Of a stretch of DNA of 64,000 nt, positions 25,531 to 35,590 are shown in pieces (within the stretch, counting starts at the first letter, position 1; every line of letters begins with the position of its first letter). Origin of the DNA: Camelus dromedarius (lineage: Eukaryota); the NCBI RefSeq assembly GCF_036321535.1, contig NC_087436.1:60824001-60888000 (forward strand), given 5' to 3'. The translations under genes were made by a program, and so were the position numbers. A model generated the notes under the pieces. The model was not told the DNA's origin, did no database searches, and saw nothing but the letters and a program-made list of their open reading frames with translations.

Positions 25531-25699
25531 TGGGAAAGAAAAACCTTGGACCCTGACAGCAGAGGCCCAAGATTGGAGCCCATGTCATGCTACAAGCAAA
25601 CAAGAGATCTGACATACAAACCCCATTATTGGATATTAACCAATCCACACTTAATTATTGATACTAGGCTTTTAAAATACATCCATAAGCATAAAAAAG

Positions 25700-27240
25700 G
25701 AAGCATTTTTACACTAAAGTTAACTCAAAATGGAATGTGGACTTAAATGTAAAGAGTGAAACTTTAAAATTTTAGAGAAAAACATAGAAGAAAATCTTCA
25801 GAACCTAAGCATGGAGTTTTTAGACTTGACACTAAAGCATAATTCATAAAAAAACAGATTGATAAATTGGACTTCATCAAAATTAAGAACTTCTGCTCTG
25901 CAAAAGACCCTATAAAGAAGATGAAAATACAATCTACAGATGGAGAGCAAATTATTTCCAAACCACATATCCAACAAATGACTTGTATCTAGAATAAAGA
26001 GATCTCAAAACTCCAGGGGAAAAGAAGAAATAATCTGATTAGAAAATAGGCAAAAGCTATAAACAGACATTTCACTGGAGAGGATATGGAGAAGGCAAAT
26101 AAGCACACGAAAAGGGGTTCAACATCATTAGAAATTAGGGGAATGCAAATTAAAATTGCAATTAGTTATCATTACACATCTGTCAGAATGGCTAAAAGAA
26201 AAAATATTAGCCACATCAAATGATGGCTAGATCACTCATTGTCTGTGGGAAAGTAAAATGGTACAGCTACTCTGGAATATGGTTTGACAGTTTCTTGAAA
26301 AACTAAGCATGCAAGTGGCATATGATCCAGCTGTTGCACTCTTGGGCATTTACCCCACAGAAATGAAGGCTTACTTTCACACAAAAATCTGTATGTGAAT
26401 GTTTATAGCAGCTTTATTGTTAATAGCCCAAAACTGGAAACAATCTAAATACCCTTCATGAGGTGAATGGTTAAACAGGCTGTGGTACATTCATACCATG
26501 GAGTACTACTCTTAACAAAAGGAACTGGCAACTAATACAGACAACAATTTAGATGGATCTCAAGGGCTTTATGCTGAGTTTAACAAATCCAAACTCAAAA
26601 AGTTGCATACTATAAAATTTCATTTACATACAACAATTGAACAACTTGGGGGTTAGGGGCACTGACCTCCCATACAGTTGAAAATCAGAGTATAACTTTA
26701 CCGACCTCTGTGTCTGTGGTTCTGCATCCACAGATTCAACCAACCACAGATCGAGTAGTTCTGTAATACTTACTTGAAAAAATTTGTGTGTAAATGGACT
26801 AGTGTAGTTCAAACCCACATTATTAAAGGATCAACAATATATAACACTCTTAAAATGATGAAATATAAAGATGGTGAACAGATTAGTGGTTGCCAAGAGC
26901 TGAGATTGGAGGTAGGTGTGGGAAAGGTAGCTGTGGCTATTTCAAAAGTAGCATGAGAGATCCTCATGATTTAATTGTTCTGTATATTCACTGGGTCACG
27001 GGAATATAAAGATGTGCTACAGTTGCACAGAATCAAATATACACACATAAAAATGAGTATGGGTAAAACTGGTGAAAGCTGAATAAAGTTGGTGGATTAT
27101 ATCAGTGTCAATTTACTGATTTTGAAATTGTACCATAATTATGCAAGATGTTACCACTGGGGGAACCTGGGTAACAGAAACATGAGAACTCTCTGTATTA
27201 TTTTTTACAACTGCATACATATCTTTAATTATCTGTAATT
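25700..27240 (+). mobile_element. Old L1 (L1MC-like) ORF2 end and 3' UTR
   Basis: taactcaaaatgga, ggacttcatcaaaattaagaacttctgctctgcaaaagac, gatgttaccactgggggaacctggg. Confidence 0.85.
26625..26842. mobile_element. TcMar-Tigger-family MITE inserted in L1
   Basis: ttgaacaacttgggggttaggggc, tctgcatccacagattcaaccaacc, gttcaaaccc...aaggatcaac resemble MER8/Tigger-type elements. Confidence 0.65.
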
Positions 27241-27640
27241 ATAACTAATGCTATAAGTTATAAAGCATAAAAAGAAGTTAAGCTCTAAAAGTCATATGTA
27301 GAACCTGAATAGTAAAGAAACATCATCTCTAGTTAAATGAACCTGAATAATTAATATTGATCTAGCAAATTGTGGGCCTTAAGCCTGTGTTGAGGATATG
27401 TAATTTTATTATTTTCATAAGGAAGGGCAGTTTGTTAAACATAAAGTAATATGATTTAATGTTCAATGTGTCTTAATATTTAGTCTTTTCTAAGACTTTC
27501 AACTAAACAGATTCACAAATTCATATTAAAAAAAGAAAGCAATCTTTATCAAAGTGTGTACCCTGATTATTTTACAGAATATGATCACCACAAATAAAGT
27601 GATTGTATAACTTAGAAATAAGTAATGCTAAAATACCTTA

Positions 27641-28251
27641 GGCCACTGCCCTCTCTCTCTCCCTCTTCAGAGATGGCCCGCACTCTGTCTATTGAGTGTG
27701 TACCTACTTTTAATCTGAGCACCCAGCCCCCGCATCTCATGGCCTTTCACTGCCTTTCAATGCATCTCTCTGAATAAATCTAACTTCACTCAACTGTGGC
27801 TCGCTCTTGAATTCTTTCCTGCCTGAAGCCAAGGACCCAGATTTGGCTGGGCACATCCCAGGGGCTCAACCAAAGCCTGGGACACGGCCCTCCTCACACC
27901 CACATCTGTTTTCCCTGCATCATATCTTTGGCACCCAACGCGGGACATTTACATAAAGAAAAGGGCTCAAAGGGCATAATCTTGACCCACCTGTTGGGCT
28001 ACAGCTCCCCTCTATTCAGAGGGTGGCGGGGGTTTCTCCCGCACTGTGCAGATTCAAGTATCCCTTAGGTGGCGGCTGATGCTGCCTGCAGGATCTGGCA
28101 GAGACCAGCTCTCTAGCAGTGAAGGAGCCCACTGAGCCCAAGGCTTTTCTCCCCTCAATCTTTTCTCATTCTCTCCTCGCTCTATGTCTTTGGACTCGAG
28201 AAGATCCACCAAGGAGATCACTCAGACATCCAAACTAAGACCACGGGAAAA
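27641..28251 (+). mobile_element. Retrocopy of an ERV 5' transcript: R-U5, tRNA-Lys-like PBS and leader (copy C)
   Basis: No U3; LTR ends ctgcatca at 27922; PBS tggcacccaacgcgggac 27929-27946 (15/18 to the Lys-CUU PBS TGGCGCCCAACGTGGGGC); TSD aaaata(c/g)ctta 27630-27640 / 28252-28262. Confidence 0.8.
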
Positions 28252-28382
28252 AAAATAGCTTAATTTTTTTCCCCTGCTTTACACAGAGTATTGTGAATTT
28301 CTGTGTTCTGGGTGGTTTTGAATTTCCTTTGCTTCTGATTAGGTAGAAAATAGAGAAATATAATGGTCAAAACTGAGAATTT

Positions 28383-28530
28383 TCCCCCCATTAACTGGTA
28401 ACCTCTTCTCCCTTCAGTAGCAAAGACTGCTGCCATGTCCTGCCACACATAATGGGGTTGTGGCTCCAGGACCTTGCTTCAGGCATGTAAGATCCCCTTA
28501 CCCATTAAACCATTGATGCTGCTGGAAAAA
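28383..28530 (+). mobile_element. Short A-tailed retro-insert, probably the R region of a different LTR family (copy D)
   Basis: ATTAAA 28504-28509 then an A-run; TSD aaaa(c/t)tgagaattt 28369-28382 / 28531-28544 (13/14). Confidence 0.7.
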
Positions 28531-28635
28531 AAAATTGAGAATTTATTGAAAACATTTTTGCTAGCTCATTATATATTTGGTTCTCAGAATTTTTAAACTA
28601 ATCATTGGTAAATTTAAATTGTACATCTTTGGAAA

Positions 28636-29264
28636 TGAGACAGGATGGAAGGGGGCAGGGCACAGCCATTCAAGGAATGCCACAGCAATTAACATCAAAA
28701 TGGAAGGTTCAACCCCCAGTAGACCTTGAGGCTCAGGATGATGAGAGATTTAACTTCTAGCAGAATTTGAGCTTCATTATACGCCCATTGTAATATATTA
28801 ACATGGTGAATGACACGCCCACAGGCATCATGGCAGTCCCAAGGCCAGCCACAAAAGCTCAAAGAGTGGGAAATGGCCAACTTCCTAGGAATCTCAGCCC
28901 CTTCCCCTTAGACTGCTCCTTCCACTTATTAGCATATGAAGCCACCAAGCCCATAAAAATCAGCAACACGGCGCCTTGCAGCCGCCCCTCTCTCTCCCTC
29001 TTCGGAGAAGTAGATGGCCCACATTCTGTCTATGGAATGTGTACCTACTTTTAATCTGAGCACCCAACCCCCACACCTCGTGGCCTTTCTCTTGCCTTTC
29101 AATGTATCTCTCTCAATAAATCTACCTTCACTCAACTGTGGCTCACTCTTGAATTCTTTCCTGCACGAAGCCAAAGACCCACACTTGACGGGGCACATCC
29201 CAGGGGCTCAACCGAGACCTGGGACACGGCCCTTCTCATGTCCCACATCTGTTCTCCTGCATCA
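28636..29264 (+). mobile_element. Complete ERV1-class solo LTR (parent family of copies A, B, C, E)
   Basis: TG...CA termini, perfect 4-bp TSD gaaa, TATA-like cataaaaa 28952-28959, AATAAA 29115-29120. Confidence 0.92.
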
Positions 29265-29569
29265 GAAAGAATTCTCAAATATTTATGACTTTTACCACAA
29301 AGGTATTTTTAGAGTCCCCCTCCCCTTCCTTTTTGTTTAGGTGGGAGCTCGCTGCATGATCACAATTTGGAAATTACAGAAAAAAACATTTTAAGATAAA
29401 TAATTACTTTTGCATGAAACCATCCCTACTATCCAGAAGGATATATGATCCTAGAAATGTCACATATATTTTATTCATTCACTCTACAAATATTTACAAA
29501 ATATTTTTATGTGCTCCGTCCTAAGAACCAATTTAGCAGTTAACAGAACATCTAAAAATCCCTGCCCTC

Positions 29570-29868
29570 TGAACTTATTTTCAAAACAGAAATAGACCCA
29601 CAGACATAGAAAACAAATTTATGGTTACCAAAGGGGAAGAGGGGAGGGATGAATTAGGAGTTTGGGATTAACAGATACATAGTACTGTAAATAAAATAGA
29701 TAAACAGTAAGAACTCATATAGTGCAGGGAACTATATTCAATATCTTGTAATAACCTATAATGGAAAAGAATCTGAAAAAGAATATATATATATATAACT
29801 GAATCACTTTGCTGTACACCTGAAACTAACACAACATTAGAAACCAACTATACTTCAACTAAAAAAAA
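29570..29868 (+). mobile_element. 5'-truncated cetartiodactyl-type L1 3' end with poly(A)
   Basis: acagacatagaaaacaaatttatggttaccaaagggg...tacttcaact+A-run; TSD aaaaatccct(g/c)ccctc 29554-29569 / 29869-29884. Confidence 0.9.
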
Positions 29869-31189
29869 AAAAATCCCTCCCCTCAAGGAGCTTACATTCT
29901 AGTGCTGTTACTGTGATAAAAGGCCAGTTAAAACAATAACAAACTGTTCAAATAGTGGTCACAATCAATGTATAACCTATTTGTAACTAATTATACAAGA
30001 CCTATGGATAAGAAAATTTTTTTATAAATTTAATCAGTATACTAAACCAGGCTGTATAAATACCAAAAACATACATTATCACTCCTAGGCCCATCTTGGA
30101 CCAGCATGTTACCAAATCTAATCTAAATGGAGGGTGCAGAAGCACCAAAGGCACTGTGGAAAACTAACTGGTTCCTCTGAATCAAATCCAAACCTTTGTG
30201 GGGTTTTGAAAAATACAGTTCTCTTTTCACAAAAATTTTGTTATTTATGTTAACAAGTAATAAGTTGTTTATTATTTTAAATGAGTTAATATTTTCTTAC
30301 TTTCTTAGTTTTAACTTCTAATATTATTAAATATTGACAGACATAACAGAAAACACTCTTCACAATCTCCAATAATTTTTAAGAGTATAAAAATTTGGTC
30401 TTGGACTCCAAGACCAAAATATTGGAGATTAACTGCCAAATTAAATAAATGCTATCTCCACTTTATAGTTAGTGGAACGGGACTAAAAAGATCAGGAAGA
30501 TACAAAAGACAAGCCTAACTCAATCTTGTTTTCCTTTCCATTCAGCTTTGTAATGCAGATACTCACGTCCTCCTCTGAAACTGACATAATTCAAGTCCTA
30601 CTGTATTAGGTCAAGTTTGGCAACCTGACATGTATATTCCTATTGCCTCTGTCATCATATTTAAACTTTTAAGAAAAGCCATCCAAAACGTGGAAATAAA
30701 GCAAAATATTACTATGTGCTTTTGCAAAGTCATAGTAGAGCATTGTCTAAGAAGCCTGCAAGAGGGTCAGAGGATTCTGGAGGATGTCATCTTATTTGGC
30801 TTATTATTTATTACTGACAGAGCTTAGAGTCTGTAAAGTTGATCTTAACTTGTAGAAGATAAGTTGCAAAAATCTTTGTCAGGTAGAAAAGATTATTTCA
30901 AAGATTGCTGTTTTATTGATCTGTTGATGTAAAGCAGTGTTGTATTTAACTTTCGCTTTTATTCCAACATTCTTTTTTTCCATAGACTATTTACCAATCT
31001 CCTCTATCCTCCTTGAGCTGGGTTTAGCATCCGTGTTTGCCTCCCTAGTAAGTTAAATAAGAAGAGTAAATGAAAGATCAATTTGCCTGTCGAATGGGGA
31101 AGGGACTGTTTCTGGTTTGGGAAGAACAGAATGTGCAAAGGCTTCATGACTCCTTTAGAGAATTCCAAGAGGCTCATTGTGCCTGAAGC

Positions 31190-31325
31190 TGTGCTTCTCA
31201 GACTTTAATATGCATGTGAATCACTGAGATTCAGTAAGTCTAGGGCAAGGCCAAGATTCTGCATTTCTACAAGCTCCCAGGTGAAGCTGCTGCTGCTGGT
31301 CCGTAAACCACACACTGAGTAACAA
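31190..31325. mobile_element. MER5A-like hAT-Charlie fossil
   Basis: gattctgcatttctacaagctcccaggtga...gctgctggtcc...ccacacactgag. Confidence 0.75.
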
Positions 31326-31646
31326 GGGGCTAGGCCAGAGAGCATAGGTGTATGTGGGAATGTCCAGAGTTGAAGATGGAAACTGAGGGAGAGGAATGTG
31401 TATCCCGAACATACTCTCCAATAAAAATAACCCTTTTTCACAACCTACATCAAACAAAAATATTCCTAAGCTCAAGCAGGTTGTTCACACCTTTGAAATA
31501 ATATATGCCCTCCAACCACATTCCAGTATAATCACAGAAGTGGAACTAGGTCTAGTATACTAAGGAATTGCAGGAAAACTGTCCTGTATTTGTGTACTTC
31601 CTCAGCTCTGTATTTGGTTAGGCTCAGCTGTATTTGGTGATGTCTA

Positions 31647-31660
31647 CTGCCATCTAGTGG
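31647..31660 (-). promoter_or_regulatory. Candidate CTCF core motif
   Basis: ctgccatctagtgg (reverse complement CCACTAGATGGCAG) fits the CTCF consensus; motif only. Confidence 0.55.
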
Positions 31661-31779
31661 AAATTAATTGACATTTTAAACCAGTGCCTCATTTTTATGG
31701 TACCTAAGTTTTCCAAGTACATTTTATCTTCTCAGTAACCTATGAAGTAGACATTGTTATTCCAATTTGTTTTAATTTT

Positions 31780-32230
31780 TAAGAATTACTTAATATTATT
31801 GAGCTTACTGTGATTCAGGCACTATACATGAGTGATCTTATTTATTCCCAGTATCAATCTTTCTGATTCACGCATATTGTCTGTGTTACTATTTCATTTA
31901 CAGATGAGGAAGCTAAGGCTCAGAGAACTTGAGAAACATGCCCTAACTCCAACAGCTAATCAGGATTCAAACCGAGGGGAGGCACACATAACTAACACAG
32001 GCCTTCTTCTCCTCCCCTTCCCCCTCCTTCCCCTATTTCATCTTCATTATCATAAACATAGTGAATATGTGCCAGGCATTTTCCTGAGACCTTTACAGGT
32101 ATTATATAATTTAATTCTCACAACTCTTATGAGTTAAGTAAAATTATTATTCCCATTTCATAGATGAGGAAATCAAGGCACAAAGGAGTTAAGCAAGTTA
32201 TCCAAGGTCATCAGCTAGTGAAAAGTATAG
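31780..32230 (-). mobile_element. Two MIR elements
   Basis: MIR cores cattttacagatgaggaagctaaggctcagaga-like and cccatttcatagatgaggaaatcaaggcaca. Confidence 0.8.
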
Positions 32231-33099
32231 CCAGAAGAAAGCTCAGGGAATTTTGGGTTTTGTTTTAATATTTTATTTAATTAAAATTTGTTTCTCTGAT
32301 ATTGTCATGGATAATTATGTGCTATCTTAAATATGGGCACTTTATCCATTACTATAATATTAGATAATAGTGGCGTAGTTCTTTGAGGTTTGATAATTCA
32401 GACATGTTTCTTAAAAAAAAAAAAAAAAAACACTGTCTTCCTCATCTAAATTTTTGAAAGTTACTTTGTTCCAGGACTTAAATAATTTGGCTCAAGTACT
32501 TTGTTTACGATGTAAACGGATATCATAGCATTTAATAGAAGAAATGGCTGTGGCTTATCTGAAAACAATGTCAGCATGACTTGGTATATACTTAAAAGAG
32601 TGCGTTTTGTGAATATTTTATAATATGGGATGATCATTGAAATATCAAGGACTTCAGTAATTGTATTTCTTGAATAAATATATGTTTATGAATTTTCTAA
32701 TTTGTATTTTGTTATCTCCTCTGCTAACAATCCAGTTTTATACTTTTTATTGTCTAAAATGTCACTAATAGTGTTTCTTCAAAGGTTTTGCAGTTCTGTA
32801 ATGATGAAATAGTGGAAAAAAACAGTTTGCTCATTAATTTTCAAGAACTTTCAAACCATTTTGAATCTGAGCATAGTTTTTAAAAACATTCGCAAACATT
32901 ATGCTTCTACCTTAATTCTTAAGTTTGAGGTGAAGAAATATAATAGCCAAAATGGATTTAACACTTTTTCAGTGGATGTCTTCATTTATCAATTCAATTC
33001 TGATTCTAAGACTTATTTGACATAAATCTGTATTAGTTTTAAAAAATTTGCTTCTCTGAAATCTATGAAGTGAATCTTTTCTTTTTCATGTCTTATTTT

Positions 33100-34125
33100 G
33101 TTTTCCAGTTTTACTTAGTATAATTGACATATAACATTATGCAAGTTTAAGTGTACAATATGATGAGTTGATACACATAATGTAATATGAAATGATTACC
33201 ACAATAAAGTTAGCACATCCATCACCTCACATAATTACAAATTTTGTGTATTATGAAGACATTTAAAATCTACTCTCTCAGCAACTTTCAAGTATATAAT
33301 GTAGTATTTTTTATGATTTATTTTTTAATTAATAACATTTACATTTAAAGAGCAGTTTTAGGTTTACAGCAAAATTGAGTGGAGAGTACAGAGTACAGAG
33401 AATTCCCCTATACCCCTGTTTCCATACATGCACGACTGCCCCCACTATCTACAGCCACATTGGTACATTTGTTACTATCAGTGAACCTACATGGACACAT
33501 TATTATCACCTAAAGTCCAACGTTACAATAGGGTTCACTCTTGGTTTTGTACTTTCTATGGGTTTGGACAATTGTATAATAATAAGTTTCTACCACTGTA
33601 GGATCATACAGGACAGTTTCAACTGCCCTAAACATTTTTGTGCTCTCTCTATTTATTCCTTCGTCCTCCCACCTCCCCCAACCTCTGTCAACCACAGATC
33701 TTTGGACAGTCTCTATAGTGTTGCCTTATCCAGAATGTCATTTAGTTGGAATCATACAGTATGTAGCCTTTTCAAGTTGGCTACTTTCACTTAGTAATAT
33801 GCATTCAGGGTTCCTCTATATCTTTTTATGCCTTGATAGCTCATTTCTTTTTAGTGCTGAGTAATATCCCATTATAATGTAGTATTGTTAATTGTAGTCA
33901 CCATGCTGTTTATTAGATCCCCAGAACTTGTTCATCTTATAACTGGAAGTTTGTATCCTTTGACCAACTTCTCCCCATTTCCTCTACTTGCACAGCCTCT
34001 GGAAATCACCATTCTGATCTCAGTTTCTAGGAGCTTGGCTTTTTTTCAGATTCCACAGGTAAGTGAGATCATACAATATTTGTCTTTCTCTGTCTGAGTT
34101 ACTTCACTTACTACAGTGCTCTCAG
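33100..34125 (-). mobile_element. Nested L1 3' UTR fragments (one L1 inserted at about 33310-33875 into another)
   Basis: Outer element text stops at tataatgtagtatt (about 33295-33308) and resumes at the same motif (about 33873-33886). Confidence 0.75.
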
Positions 34126-34449
34126 GGGGACCCAGGGAGCAGTATTCTACACCCCATGCTCTCAACCAGTGAGCAATTTGAGAAATAAAGTTAATTTGGT
34201 TCTCCTCATTATGAAATTAAATACATGTTCAGAAAAACAGAAAGAAAACAATCACTCAAAATTCTGTCTCCCAAACACAATTAAAATTAATATTTGGTGT
34301 CTTTCTCCTAGTCATAATTCTATTTTGATTTTAATATAGTTGTGATCATACTATAAGAACCATTTTGTGTTCTGTTTCTTTTAACATTTTAACACAGGCA
34401 TTTCCAATATCCCCAGATTCTTAGTAATTGTTACTGTGAATAGGTCTTT

Positions 34450-35030
34450 AAAACATGTAATGCCTACTATGGGTTGGGTACTGGTGTATAGAATTTCTAT
34501 TATTTATTCCTTTAATCTTTATAACATCCCCATAGGACAGAGACTATTATTAGCACTATTTTAGATGAGGAAACTGAGGCATACCCAGTGAGTGACAAAT
34601 CTGGGTTTTGAACACAGTTAGCCTGGCTCCAGAGTCTCTGCCATCGTCTAACTGTGGATATAAGAATTTAAATTGTTTACATTTTGAATCAGTTACTAAA
34701 AACCACATGGAGAAGCACTGAAACAGTCTTTAACCACTGAATTGTAAGAAATCTTTATGTAAAAAAAAAAAAATGATGATAATTAATGTTGCTTATTAAA
34801 GAGCCAGTTTTGCATATAATTAAGTAAAGCCCAGAAAATAGAGGAGAGTATTAATAGCCACCATTTATAAAGGGCTAACTGTATATTTTTACAGACACTA
34901 TCTCTAATCTTCACTGAGACTCTCTGAATTGGTTACTATTATTCCGTTCACATCATGAGGAAAGGAATCCAGAGAAGGGTAATTTGCTCAAGATCACAAA
35001 GCTAATCCATGCTGAAGTGAGGTTCAAACA
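34450..35030 (-). mobile_element. Two MIR elements
   Basis: ttttagatgaggaaactgaggca; aatttgctcaagatcacaaagcta. Confidence 0.7.
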
Positions 35031-35090
35031 CAGATTTTTTTTTTTTTTTTCATTTTAACCTTAAGGTCTCATCTGCGTGGTAAACTCCAG

Positions 35091-35590
35091 AGCTGTATTG
35101 TCTAATACTGTAACCACTAGCCGCGTGGCTATTGAACACTTGAAATGTGGCTGTGGTGAAGTGAAGTGTGCCGGAAGGGTAAGATACACATTGAGTTTCA
35201 AAAACTTACCACAATAAAAGGAGCGTAAACTATTTCAGTAATTATCATATGGGTTACACATTGAAAGTGTAAGAGTTTGGATTTATTGAATTAAATGAAC
35301 ACTATGATGACAATGAGTTTCACTTGTTTCTTGTCATGTTTTTAACATGGCTACTAGAGATTTCAAATTACACGTGTGGTCCACACTTTCCTTCTGTTGG
35401 ATAGTGCTGCTGGAGACCTGCACCTCTTCAACTTTGATGTGCAGATGAGTCACTTGGGGATCTTAATAAAAATGCAGATTCTGATGCAGGAAGTTCAGGG
35501 TGGGATCTAAGGTTCTGCAGTTCTAACAGGCTCTCAGTGAGGCCAGCGCTGCTGGTCCAGGTGGAGCATGTTGAGGAGCAGGCTCTAGAC
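35091..35590. mobile_element. hAT-Charlie fossils (MER3/MER33-like, then MER5A-like)
   Basis: gtggctattgaacacttgaaatgtggct...ttggatagtgctg; aaaatgcagattctgat...gctgctggtcc. Confidence 0.7.
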
